From Geosiphon pyriformis uo1 (lineage: Eukaryota > Fungi > Glomeromycota): a DNA stretch of 64,000 nucleotides. The notes beneath the pieces are model-generated. The model did not search any database. It worked only from the letters and a program-made list of their open reading frames with translations, and was not told where the DNA came from. The position numbers and the translations under genes are program-made. The stretch lies in NCBI GenBank assembly GCA_016748015.1, contig JAAOMT010000617.1:186001-250000 (forward strand), in the 5' to 3' direction. Numbering within the stretch: position 1 is the first letter of the stretch; each line of letters starts with the position of its first letter. This document shows positions 51,210 through 64,000 of the stretch, one piece after another.

Positions 51210-53650
51210 ACATAGGATGAAAATGTTGATACCTTTAAAACAATACTGCTTTTTGATATTTATTTGGAGTTGACAAGAATATGTCTGCTCCTGATAAGCA
51301 TAATAACATGTTCTTACAAATCATCATTTCCCTTCTCAAATGTAATCTACTTGTCCAAAACTCCTGAATCATGGAAAGATTGCAATAGTCTCCAAGTATG
51401 TCTCGAGCTGTTTCACTGAATCTTTCATGACGGCATCGAAGGTCATCAATACTGATTTCTTTTGCTCTTTCAACCAATGTATATACTTTCTGGTCATTAA
51501 TTCATTGGTATTCTCCTTAATAACCTCTTCAACAAATCCTTGGAATTCCTCTAGTCATTCACTAAGCTCCTCAAAAGACCCAGTAATGTGATGTCCTTCA
51601 ATTCCAAGACAACACCGAGAGTCTTCCCATATTTGGGTGAAATTTTCGGAGGAAGAAACATGTCAACAAATCCGAAGCAACCTTCTCCTTTGTTCTTGGT
51701 TCCATCAACCATGAGACAAAGCTCGGACACATGACTTTTCGACTCATCCAAAAGGACTTCAACAATGCCTTGAAGCACGACTTCATTTGCTGTCTCCAGG
51801 GACCTCATTGCCCGTGTTTCCAAAAAGTACTCAAAAAAATGGACGAACCCATTGACTTTACCTTTGAAGAGGTTTTCGATTGCTGGGCCCATAAGGACCC
51901 AGATCTTGTCTTGAGCATGTGAAAAAACGGTCATCCGTTTCAAGACCTAAATAATAAAGCCTATGGTAATGGATGTAGAATAACAAAACGTTACATACAT
52001 CTCATTTTGTGACATCGTTTGAGATCTGCAGATTTCCATTTGGACTATGAGTCAGAATTCCGAGGTAATGAAAGAGAGACAAAATGATAGTTCTATCTTT
52101 TCCAACATTGAGAAGATCAACAAAGTCAAATTCTGTTGTGACTCTCGATTGAACAGACCCCGAGATAATCGATTCGATGAAATCATTCACAGAGAACTCT
52201 CCTATGTCGGAGATGGATTTGAGAATTGTCATAGAATGGACGGCTGTGGATTTCTCGGGCTTTGCAACCAGTCGATGACTACTGAAGTTCCTGATGTAAT
52301 AAAAGACTAGTGAGGGTTGTAAAGGAGAGGGGATTGCGAGTTGGATTCGTCGTAATCGGAGCTGGCAAAAAAATATCCATTATAAATTTCCCCATAGAGT
52401 GAACTATAGGCTCTGCCTCTTGTTCGTCCTTGCGAAGATAATGTTGGACAATGGTTTTGACTTCGTTCTCCATGAAGCCACATATGCCATGCAGCTCACG
52501 ACGACCGGAGACAATGACAGTTTCAGCAAGTGGGCTGATCCCTGCTCGAAAGGCGGGTGTGACGCCAGTCAAAAAGTACTTGCTGATAACCGCGCTACCC
52601 ACGGCTCAGCTTTCCACATCCCAGCTTGAGCATGGCGAAGAAATTCACCTTAAAGTATTGTTCGATCTTGACGACTATCTTGATCATATCTTTGTCCAAT
52701 CCCGTATTCTCACTTGTGAATGCACTGCTGTTGGCTGGCGCGTCGTACTCATCAACTTCTACAAAAAGACTATGGCCACTCTTGGCAACCAAAGTCTTCG
52801 TGTAAAATAGGATGTTAATAATACTATACAAATATTCACACAACGAACGATAGAACGATAATTCACCAAGACATTCTTTAGGGATTGATAGGCATTGCTA
52901 GTGTTGATCACATTCTTGACTTTTGGATGGCCCAACTCTTTGTTGTATTTCTTAATGAATGTCACCAGCACACCATTAATGTCCTTGTTGAAACTAGTCT
53001 CAATTCGGAAAGTCGGCTTTCCTAAATATGTTCTGCGAGTACTATGGTATTCACAAAGCCGATATATTCAAGGATCTGTTCGGGCCTCTTTACATCGGCA
53101 AGAACCCAACGTCCTGACGTTTGACTTATCACCAATCAACGTTATCGACTTGTTCGAAAAAATGGAGGGGGCCGGAGAAACATGTATCGGTAAAAGATTT
53201 GACTTTTCTCGAGTTCCTCAATGTATAGTGTCTTATCGGCAAACATTGTTCCAGCCGCGGTGCGCCAGTTAATGAAGTTCGGGTTGCGATACGGTAAACT
53301 ATGTGATGTTCAACACAGATCAGTATACAAATTATCACTCGAGTTATGCAAACGAAGTCCGTACCCTTTCACTTGGCCCCGCCCCACTTTTCTCGGCGAT
53401 CGTCTCAAATATTTTCGTTTCCGAAACACTTGTGAGAATCTTTTGAAACTTTTATAAGGTCTCGGGTTCTTGTTCACGGCCTTTTTTCAGTGCTGGCCAA
53501 TGAGAAATAAATGACGACAAGTTAAAAAATAATAAAAACCCAGATACAGTTAATCTGAATATCATCCACACTAAATCTTTTCTCCGATGAGGATGATCGC
53601 GCTTGACTGATGATTTTTTGGGCGATAATACGTTCCGTAAGGAGTAGTTT
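51210..53650 (-). pseudogene. AAA-ATPase-like (PF09820-type) plus C-terminal PD-(D/E)xK nuclease-like gene, fragmented, with an internal inversion; limits approximate
   Basis: FADKTLYIEELE...MFLRP, Walker A QFGKSAFL (on the opposite strand), Walker B LFVEVDEYDAPAN, YFLTGVTP, GICGF, LFHYLGILT and GFVDMFL...VVLELK. Introns, frameshifts and stops. Visibly more GC-rich than its flanks. Confidence 0.8.
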
Positions 53651-55729
53651 GGGTAGATTGATAAAAGGTGTTTGGATAAGAGCTCATTGAAGTTTTTAGG
53701 TGAGGCAAGAAAGATATGCCGTGGGTGAATACGACAAGCGAGCTCGATAATTAAGATTCCTAAGTGTAGAACTGTAAATTAGTAAATTCGCACAATCTTA
53801 AAACGATACGCGTTCATTCTCATCGTGTAATGATTTGTGTATATATATAGTTTGTTTAACTAATGTGACGTCATCCAATTGAATCAATCAAAATGACTAA
53901 TCCTAGAAACAAAATTTTTTTTTTTATAAATAAGCACAGGTAGCAATATAGATTTTAGATGAAGTATTTTATTAAGTTTAAAAAGTGAAATGATGAATAA
54001 ATGAAAGATTCTTCTTTTCCCATCTTATCGACCATGGTAATTCTTATGCTGCTCCTCTCGCTAAGGAATAAATACTAGCCAGTATCCTAAACTGATCACT
54101 TAAATAAATATTACTATGAACTTGTTTGATTCAAAAAAACAGTTTAACGCGATTAAAAAAATATAAACAAAATTAACCATATTAAATCAATTTTTCCTTG
54201 AACATATCAGGTCTATCGCCTAAGTTCCTCACCCTCAATATTGCTCGCGATAACATATAAGTCTATATAAGCTTCTATTAATTTCAGTTTATATGATGAA
54301 TATACTATAATTCACAGTTTCTACCAAAAGGATTAAGTTCCTTGTAATAGTTAACAATATTCCTTGAATGTCTGACTTCAAATTCTACTCATACTATTAA
54401 AACACTTTTATTGAAAGCTTTTCTTATTAACAAGCTTTCTTACATCTTTATTTTCATGTCATTATTTGTCGTGTTTTTATATCATGTGACATTATTAAAA
54501 AAAATTATTTTTACACAAAAGAATGAAAAAAGAATTTTATTACTCTGCCATGATATTAGTTGTTATGAAGCTACAATATTTTGTGTTGATTATATTACTT
54601 TTGAATTTGCTACTAGTAATAATACTTTATATCTGCCATGATGTCTATTGTGCTAGTGAGTATTGCTTTGCATCTGTTGTAATCTCTGTTTTGCTAGTAA
54701 TGTCAATTAGGCCAGCATTTATCTCTTTTTTGCTTTAATAAAATGTTCTATGTTGTGGCTGAAAGATAATAAGTTGTAAATTGTATTTTTTTTGCTGTGG
54801 AAATATAATTTATCTTTTATTTTAACTTGAATTATTTTAAGATCAAAGCCATAGTTAATTTTGGTTCATGGTTAAACAATTTTTTCTGAAAGATCATCTT
54901 ATAAAAATAGTTTTGAGCTTTTAATTCAAGATAATAGCAAAAAAACTATAAAACATAAAAGTATTATTCATGCATTAAAATTTTTTATATAAGCTACATG
55001 ATTTTTTACATAAGAGCTCGGAACTTTTTAAAAGGCTTTTGCATTGATGCTGTCAAAATCAGCTTGTAAAAAAAGAAACTGAAACTATAGGTAGGACCTG
55101 TTTTTGGTGTTCTTTAAATCAAGCTTTTAGTTTATTGGATTTATAAGACATAGAAAGTACCAGTGCTGGTTGTTTGAAGAGATGTTGATCTTCGAAAGGT
55201 TTTTGTAAAGGTGAAGCATTTCATGTATTAAAATAACAATTCAATTTCATAAATAACTTAGCTTGCATTTTCTTTAAGAATCTATCAATTATTTTTTAAT
55301 AAACAAATATCATTAATTAATATGTTAATTATCTTATTAACAAATTAGAAATATTAAAATATTAAAAATTTTATTTTCAGTTTTCATCAAATTGGTTTTA
55401 AATTTTAATTTTTGAAATTATTTTCTAAAATAATGAAAAAAAATTAGTAAAATAAAGTTAATAAATTATTTAGTAATATCATAAAAATTACTTTGTTTAA
55501 AGGAGTTGATTTATAAATTTTGAAGAATAGTTAAATAATAAAACAGACTAAAATCCAAATATTAAATGTTGTTTAATTAATAATTTTTGCAATTTTAAAA
55601 CTGTATTCATTTTGGCTCAAATACTCATAAATTTTATAACATGCATGAGATAAATACAAATAAATGATATTTTGTTTAAATTAATTTGATAAAATAATAA
55701 ATTTTCAAAGCAATACATAATCTTTTAAT

Positions 55730-55930
55730 CAGGAAACATTTATGTTTTGAATCCGGAAGCAAAGCGAGCAAAAGGATAATAATTATGAAATGGTAGTATA
55801 TGTTGATGCAAAGGTTTACAGAAAATTTCAAGCTACACATTTGATAGGTCACACATAAGCATTTTTCATCATATGTTGATAAAGAATTTTTAAAATTTTA
55901 ATTATCTTTTCATAACATATGCAGTTTAAA
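55730..55930 (+). pseudogene. Small class-3 lipase relic
   Basis: NYEMVVYVDAKVYRKF..THLIGHT*, followed after an intron-like gap by YAV, resembles DYETVFVDAVVYRQF..IRLIGHAW..AYAV of the 4977-6361 gene. Confidence 0.5.
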
Positions 55931-56521
55931 TAGATTGGACTGTTAATCTATTAATAGGTGTGAAGGTATCGCATCACTCATGCGGATGAAATTGAATTAA
56001 GGTTGTGGAAGGGTAACTTCCAGAATTGACTTTATAAAGGATGACCTATAAATGGTACAATCGGGAGGAATTGTGCAACATAAAGTCTAGAAATCTTGTT
56101 ATTTTAAATTGGATAATAAAGGTTCTCTCTTTGATGAATAATAATAATAATAATAATAATATTTATTTGTAAAAATAAATTATAAAAGTTAATTTTTCAA
56201 CAAAAAAAATTTCAAGTAAAAAAATTCTATTCAAATCTTTAAACGATTCAAACAAATTATATACTCGTGGTGATTATTGCCTAAATCTTTTCCTAGTTGG
56301 CCAACACATTTCTATTGCCTATCCAAATAAGATGCAATGAATTTTTTTTTATAACATTTTAATATAAAAAGTCACCCGAATTAATGGATTTAAAAGAAAA
56401 AATCGATGGAAATTAATTAGTGTGAGTTAATTATAAAAAAATAGAAATATCATTAAGAAATTTAAAAGTATTCGACCGTGAAATAAATGAATATTTGAAA
56501 CTTTAAAATTTATTCTCATCA

Positions 56522-56810
56522 CTAATGCATTACATAATCCTCCCTGGCTTCAATTAATCCTTCAACTTGATTTTTCATACTATGAATAAGATTTACGACA
56601 AACTCATTAGGTAAGCGATTCCATTCTTTTGCTAATTCTACTTTTAATCCTGTAAGAGTTTTTACTATATTAATTTTTATCAATATCCAAACATTCTCAA
56701 TCGGGATTTTGGTCAGGTGACATTGATGGCCATGAAATAACATTAACATAATTTTCCTCCTTCCAATGCACTTTTTTTTTTTGAGCTATGTTTCCGATCA
56801 TTATCTTTCC
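56522..56810 (-). mobile_element. Tc1/mariner transposase C-terminal relic
   Basis: PIENVW..IK...KTLTGLKVELAKEWNRLP..VVNLIHSM..VEGLIEARED resembles the DDE_3 C-terminus. Confidence 0.7.
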
Positions 56811-57958
56811 GCAAGACCCCCTCTATTAACAGATGGAAAAAGATCTTTGTTTAACCAATAAAGGACTACAATGGATGTATTTTGTTGTAGCTGCAAGTCT
56901 AAGTTTTGGCCCTTTGGGATGTTTATGTAAAAAACAATTTTATCATCGCTTGGTGTATTTCTAAAAGACATTTTTACGGCATAATCATGAAATAATCTTT
57001 AAAAGGTATGAATTATCAGCATTTTTATGTCATTCTTTGCCTTGGAAAATCTTGAGCTCCAAATTTGATCTAAAAAGAGTTATTGAACGCACTTATTTTG
57101 ATCTATGAAATGCGTTGAACTTGGCTTTAGTAATTTCCAATTTGGTCAAAGTAAGGGTCATTATATGCAAGCCCCAAACATTAGTGAGACCATTAGAATT
57201 TGCTCTGATTAATTAATTCTTTTTTGAAAGGTGGTCACCCAAACCAAATTTTATAGTAAAATTGTTTATAAGAATAGTTATCAATTAATGCAAAGTATTT
57301 AGACAAGAAGGACAACATAAATCTCAGTTTCTTTCATTCAGAAATACTAAACTTTAAAAAGCTTTTTAAAAAATTTAGGAATCCAATAACTAATTCATCA
57401 AATGTCAATTATAGTGTTTTACGAGCAACAATTTTGAAATCAGACCAATGAAAAACCCTTACCAATTTTTCCGAATTCAAAATTTTTTTGTGAATTTTCA
57501 AAGTGTCTGAATATTATTTTACTTTTTACATCGGGAAGGAAATCTTTATTGTTCCTTGGCAAAGTGACATTTTTTTGTAGCCTATGAGGAAATCTCATAT
57601 TTTCTGTAGGACTCTCGCATGGGGCTAATATATATGGCCTTTTAGCAAAACAATCTGTCTCGTGTTCGTGATTTTTCAAGGCGCGCGCTGATTAAAAACA
57701 TAACTGTTGGACAAATATTTCATTATATTGGCTTAATCAATATCTTTTTGATTTTGAAAATATTTATTTTTCCATTACCTCTCTTCTAACCAATTATTAA
57801 TACCTTTATAAGGTGAACTCTGAATAAATTTTGACTTTTCGAATGGTTCTCATTTGAGATTTAAAAGCTATTTCTGATAGAATTAAAAATAAAAAAGAAT
57901 ACAAAAATTTAAAAAATCTTTCATCTAGTTAATTCAATCACCTGCACCCCTAGATTCA

Positions 57959-58000
57959 TTTTGATTGATTTGATTTGATTTGATTTGATTTGATTTGATT
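57959..58000. repeat. (TTTGA)n pentanucleotide microsatellite
   Basis: Directly visible. Confidence 0.9.
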
Positions 58001-58299
58001 ATATAGAGTATACGAATTTTTTAAAACGGAAAGAGCACTTTAAAAATGAATAAAAATCCTACAATTTGGCGGAAAGGACAAAATTTTTTATACACAAACC
58101 CAGGAGATTTTTTTATTTGAAATACCTTAATACCAATGCTATAATATATATACATATAAACTAATATGTAGTATGGTCTTCTTCTACATTTATACAAGCT
58201 TGAATACAGGCAAAAATGCTACAATATATATTAATAAATACCACCTCCCAATAAAAATCTCGGAAGACAAAATTTTTCTTGCCACCATTCCTTTTATTT

Positions 58300-58620
58300 T
58301 TTTCCTCCATCTTATGCATCGAAACAGCCAAATATTCTCAATAAAGTCCAGATCTAACACATGACACGAAAGTCTTGCTTGAAGGTCATGACACACATTA
58401 ATATTGGAGGTGAAGGGCATACTTTGGCAAAATTTTAATGTAACCAAGCCTTGAGAACTTGTCCTAGATAGTTTATTTATCAACCTCGAACCCTGGGTGC
58501 ATTTCTTTAAGCGTTTTGATTTCGGCTGCCGTAACGAAATTTTGCCGATTTGCTTGTGAGCGGCTAGGACGATGAATATCCATTTTTGCAAAGTAGGGCA
58601 GCGGGAACACGAGTTAGTTT
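58300..58620 (-). mobile_element. Internally deleted Tc1-like transposase relic
   Basis: NFVTAAEIKTLKEMHPGFEVDK*TI*DKFSRLGYIKILPK (Tc3-type HTH) is followed closely by DLDFIENIW (decayed DLNPIENxW). Confidence 0.6.
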
Positions 58621-60100
58621 AACAATTTTGGTTGCATTATGGCGATCATTTGCGTCAAAAGTACTTAAAGACTTCACGGTTCGATTATATGGGGTTAGGG
58701 CAGTGAAAAAAATGCGGTCAAAAGATAAAATGGGTGGTGGGAAGAATAAATGAAAGGTAGTGTGACATCAAGGGTGACTAAAATTAACATATACGTGTTG
58801 TTCCTTTCTGCTAGGAGATTGGTAACGCGGAAAATCTCGCTAATGGTGTTACCCACCATTACTTTCCGCAGAGACCGTTCTGAATGTGTAACTTGCTTAT
58901 TGATTAATAAAAAGAAGTTTTTATGAAAAAATCCCTTTTATTAGCCAAGAATTTTCTACATTTCACCAAGTTGCTCGAATTTCTTTGAAAAAATAAATTT
59001 GAATTTGCTGAGATGACAGAAATACGGTATGTGTTTTGTCAACTTCATACGTTTCTTCTGATGATAGCTATCAATCGACAACTTCATCCCTAAACAGGAC
59101 TCCCACTCCCTTGAATCTCGATTCACCAATTCCTACAAATTCACCATTTCTCGTTAAATTTTTACCCGTTGTATTACATTACACATCCTTTTGAGGATAA
59201 GTTTTCAATTGGAATTAAAGTTTAAAATTTTTTGATTTTCGAATAAACATTTCAAATCTTTGTGGCAATGAATTTTCGCTTGGAATTAACGTTTAAGATC
59301 AATTCAAGGTTTGGGCTTTTTTGATCTATTTAGATATATTGATCATACCAGCCAATGGTTAAAAGGAATTAAAATTGAAAGATACAAAAAAAAACGTAAA
59401 AAGGTTTTTTTTATAATTCTTAGTTTTTAAAGACAAAATTTCGGAAAACGAAACGAACATTTAAACTTGTATCATTTATAATTTTTTTTTCTTCTTTTAT
59501 ACATATTATGATATGAAATTGTCAATTACAATTTCAATTTCAATGTCCAATTCTTTTTTGTTGAAATAATTAAAAAGTAAATATATCGTTTTAAAATATA
59601 TCGTTGACATCTTGGTTTAACTAGATAAAGCAAAACTTTTGTATAAGAAATGTTCAATTAATTCTGATTGACTGTGTTTTAGACGAAAAAAAATGTGGGC
59701 AAAGTTAATACAACATATATCTATTGTACAAATGAAATGTTTAAAATTTGAAAAAGATTTTCGAACTTTATTTTCCCGTGAAACTTTATTTATTGCTTTT
59801 ATCACATCAACATTGTTCATATCCAGTTAGAAACTTTGTGACATGTAATTTTTTATTATTGTGTGCTTTTTTGAATCAAAAAAAAACTGAAGCCTCTTAT
59901 TAATAATCGGAAAATAGAAGTTAAAATAGGTTAAAAATAGTTTTCAAGTACTTTAATACATGTAAAAATATAAATTATAAGCTCATTTTTCTAAAACTTG
60001 TCTGAATTTTTTTATATAAATACACTCAGTTTTCCCCATTCTTCTGAACAAGTTCAATAAGAATTTTCATCAAAATTTCAAACCTCCTTTTTTTTTTATA

Positions 60101-60997
60101 ATGCTTCAAAAACTTTTCATAACTTGCGTCCTTTTTTCCTTTGTCATTTCGATTTTCATAGAAGCTTCTACTGATGGTCCCGGCGATCCAGGTTATGGCT
60201 ATACAGCATATAATGGTCCAGAAACCGAGGCCTGGGGTTCCTTTTGTAAAAATGGAACAACACAAAGTCCAATAAACATTGACTCTAAACTTTTCTCTAA
60301 AGGGACGGGAACCCCAAGTATCATAGACACTAAAGCTATCCCAAACAGTTATCCATTAAAGATGACCAATAAAGTATTACAGGTTGAATACACTGCAATA
60401 AAGGAAAAAACCTTTATCCCAATTTCTCTATTTAAAGACAATTTGACATATCAGTTACATAGTTTTCATTATCATGTACCATCCGAACATCGTATTGGGA
60501 ATATTCATTACGATGCAGAAATTCATTTCGTATTTAAAACCTCTTTTGATCCAGATGCGAAGCTTGCCGTTGTTGGTTACTTTTTAGAAGTAAATAGTTA
60601 TTCGAAAGATTACTTGTTGGCACTTTTCTCCAATGGTATTCCACACGCAAATGATAGTTTACTCGTTGAGGCTCTTCGAATAAACGGTTTCTTCCAAGAA
60701 AGTAATGGAGTAAAGGATGTATGTTAAATTTACTAATATTATTTTTTGAATTTCATTTTTTACCTAATGAAAACCAATTCAAATCATTAATCTCACAATA
60801 ACCTTTAGGCTTACCAATATGACGGTAGTTTGACCACACCGCCATGTTCTCAAGGTGTCAAATGGCATGTTAATCCTATACCTTATCAAATCAGCTATAA
60901 CAACCTCATATATCTTCGTAATGCTACGGGATATAACAGTCGTCCTGTTCAGAAGCGAACAGATGGTGCGGGAGAATTTAATGATAAGAAGATCTGA
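60101..60997 (+). CDS. Secreted alpha-carbonic anhydrase, 2 exons
   Basis: Signal peptide; W...C..G..QSPINI; zinc ligands in FHYHVPSEH..EIHFV. Exon 1 is 60101-60718; exon 2 (60809-60997) has YDGSLTTPPCSQGVKW and NSRPVQ. Confidence 0.93.
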
Positions 60998-61001
60998 TGA
61001 T

Positions 61002-61034
<33 letters not shown>

Positions 61035-62402
61035 GATTTATAAACTTTTATTATTAGCATGATAGATATTAATTGGTTGTTTGTGGCTAACTTTTTTCTA
61101 ACCACTTATTTTTAACAAAAATATTGTCCCTCTTCTGCATTAGCCTCGGTGGCTAAAAATAAGTATTTAAGTATCTCTTCAATAAAAATATCTCATTCTT
61201 CTTCAAAGTCAAATGGATACTTTTGCTAATGATTCACAAAGTATTCTATTAAAATGTTCTACAAGTCAATTTGTTTTTGGGGTGGGCTTATACAAATAAC
61301 GTATTTGTAATTAAGGCTTTTATTGATCCTGTTTGAATAAAAAAAACTTTACTAATATCACTCAAAATAAAAATCAAGTTATTTAATTTGAATTTTTTCT
61401 AAAAAAATTAAATTTAGAAAATTATGAGGTTTGATCTATTGCTTTTACTTAAAAAAAGCCACCAGGGCTTAATCATTCACAAAAAAAATTACAGCCAACG
61501 AAACGTTGGCTATGAAGAAGATCAAAAATGATTATTAATTATTAATGAAAGATACCTACTTTTATCACCAAAATTATATTAATTTTATTATAATATTTTT
61601 AATATAATAGATAATGATTATTGATTATTGATTATTAATGTAATTTTTTGTCACTTGGTGATACTTTCTTACCTAAAAAAAAATTTTTTATTATTTTTCG
61701 CATTTAAATTGATAAAAAAATTTTGAAATTTCAAAATTATTATGTCAAAATTAATTGATTTTATTATTTTCGAACATTCAATATCATATTGTATCGTAGA
61801 AAATTTGATAAAAAAAAAAAAGTGATTGTGATCAAAAATAAAATATGTTATTTTTGATCACATGATATAAAAAATATTTATTTTTTAAAACTTTTTTTAG
61901 TTTACAACCCTTTTTAATTGTAACGCTATTTTTATTCAAGACAAAAAAAAAATCAAACTTTTAATAATACTAAAAAAATAATAGTAATCAATTGTTTTCC
62001 TATCTTTAGTTAAACAATAAAAAGTTCATTTCGATAACAATTAAATTAATATATTAAAGAGAGATAAGAGAAATAAACATAAATATATATTAGGAAAAAC
62101 TGACTCTATTTTAAGTTTTAGGTCTTTTTTTGTTGATTAAAGCTTCTTGAAATTTACTTTATTTTTGATTTTGGGATTAGTTACCCATTATTAATAGTCA
62201 ATACAACAGTGTTTTTATCATAAAAAAAGATGATCCAATAATTTTTCAATTTTACATTGGTCTCATATTCTTGATTCCTTAAAAAAAAATTTCTGGAACG
62301 GTTCTAAAAACCTTTAGTTCTTTAAAGAAATACTTAATATTTGGGATAAATTTATTATTAAAGTCTATCGTGATGCAATATTACAGAATGAAGTTTTCGG
62401 CA

Positions 62403-63947
62403 CTAATTTTCCTGTTGATCTTCCGACAATAAAGGTTCCCTTGAGGAGGAGCGTTCAAGCCTTGGATACTGAGGCCTAGAAATTCCAAGCCCCGTGATAA
62501 TCATCCCTTCTTCGTTCGATGTCTGAATACCTGATGTTGGCTGGATAAAATCTTTAGGCTGGTCGGTTAAATAAGAATCAATAATTACCGTAGGAGTTGG
62601 TATTTCAAAGTAATGTCCATTTTTCTGGCCTCTAGTGATATTGATTCCAAGGTTTAATTCTTCATAATCGGATAAATTTTCGAACTTAATTTTTGATATT
62701 TCTGGTTGAATTTGTTCGCGTGTTGGTGGTTCTTCCTCTGGCAATGGCTCTGTTCTGATGTTGCGACGCGTAATGATATAAATTATTCCATGAATTAAAC
62801 CTAATGAGGCAAATAAACAGGCTGTTATTGTGAGCCTGACACAAAAAAAGAGGGTGAAAATTTTTTAGAATGGCTGTCAGTTTTCTTTCAAGTGGAAAAA
62901 AATTTAATTGTAAAACTTTTTTGCTTACAATGCATTTGGAATTGGTTTGTTTATTTTCTTTGACATCATTTGGGCTTTATCAGAAAAAGAAAGTGCGAGA
63001 AATGATTACCAACGAGTTAATTATAAAAAAGTCATTCAAAAAGGAAAATTCAATCAACTCACCAAATTTAATCGGCAAAAAAGCACATATAAAAGTCACC
63101 TGATAAAGAATCATTTGTTTGGTCCATTTTCGACGTAGACATTCCTGTTTTGTTGTCTTATCGGCGAGAATATTTTTAGTCCGTTGACCAAATAATAAAA
63201 TTATACAACTTGTACTGATAAAAAACATTATTAAAAAGAAAGTGATCCATAGAAAAGATTTGTGTATTTGATAAATGATTTCGTATTTTTCATTTAATGT
63301 ACACCATAGTGTATCCACGACATCGTAGAATGGTTTGAGGGGTTGTTGAATGAAAATACCGGCGATTGGAAAACAGAAGTTGATGAATGTTATTATCATT
63401 AATGATACTGAAGCATACCAATGTGAGTCGTAGGAATGGACTAGTGAAAGATATGTTTGCAGTGAAAGTGCGAGTACTGATAATGCTTTATTTAAAAATT
63501 TATTTTTAAAAAAAGAAAATTCTCATATTATTAATAGAGAAAAACCCTTTTTTTTCATTTTTTTTCATTTTTTCATTTTTTTATTTTTTTTGTTGTTGAT
63601 AAAAACAATTAAATTGAATTACCTGTCCCCATGATACCTATATTCATCAATACTCCTTGGAAATTACAAAATAAACCCATTTTAATCTCACCCTCCGATA
63701 TCCAGTAAAAACTTAAAATCAACGACAAACTTTGCCACCAATCCGACACTAAAAGTCCTACCAACAATCGATTTACCCTATAATTAGGATCCTTTCTTGC
63801 CAATGTCCATAAAATTGCAAATGTTGCAGCACCATTGCTTAAAATGCTTATTAAAGAAATTAAGAATGGCTGAAAAGTAAGTAAACGCTCGTTTGAAAGT
63901 TGGTGGGGTTGTTTCATACTAATGTTAATAGATCGTGCGTCTGCCAT
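62403..63947 (-). CDS. Seven-transmembrane GPCR-like protein (Git3/cAMP-receptor-like), ~3 exons
   Basis: TM1-3 in 63947-63625 (RLLVGLLVSDWWQSL, FCNFQGVL); TM4-6 with LWC and KQMILYQVTFICAFLP (63485-62930); TM7 ASLGLIHGIIY followed by an acidic/Pro-rich tail ending at 62403. Confidence 0.8.
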
Positions 63948-64000
63948 TCTCTTAGGGTTGATGGTTTTTCACAACCAATTAAGGTAGAAATAGAATTAGA

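Noticed and set aside
52895-53272. Plus-strand 125-aa ORF as a separate gene
   Set aside because: It is antisense to the AAA-ATPase pseudogene and partly reads the inverted segment.
54250-55260. NNQHWYFL on the minus strand, suggestive of a Ulp1-type protease
   Set aside because: A single short motif among many stops; the other catalytic residues were not found.
58691-58700. GGGGTTAGGG telomere-like word
   Set aside because: Single unit, expected by chance.

Overview
This is eukaryotic, very AT-rich, intron-containing fungal DNA. Gene content and transposon types point to Glomeromycotina (arbuscular-mycorrhizal or Geosiphon-like); that is an inference, not an identification. The window has three parts. 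(1) 1-25.5 kb, gene island: a TKL-kinase pseudogene tail with a Mutator MITE in its intron; a class-3 lipase cluster (one copy with an intact Ser-Asp-His triad, one intact-ORF copy with Ser->Ala and His->Asn, one pseudogene); two tandem small secreted paralogues; an N/Q/H-rich 47-aa-repeat protein with a relic signal peptide; an FLVCR-like MFS transporter between the arms of an inverted duplication; and a LAG1/LAC1 ceramide synthase. (2) 25.5-51 kb, decayed transposon island with massive C->T/G->A change: an RNase H-bearing LINE contains a dUTPase-encoding Ty3/Gypsy element, which contains an inverted solo LTR, which contains a pogo-type DNA transposon carrying captured gene fragments including a TilS-like exon. 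A MULE element follows. (3) 51-64 kb: an AAA-ATPase-like/PD-(D/E)xK pseudogene whose Walker A segment is inverted, Tc1 and lipase relics, a secreted alpha-carbonic anhydrase and a 7TM GPCR. No rRNA, tRNA or CRISPR array was recognised. Exon boundaries and translations were read by eye; family names come from motif recognition, not database searches.
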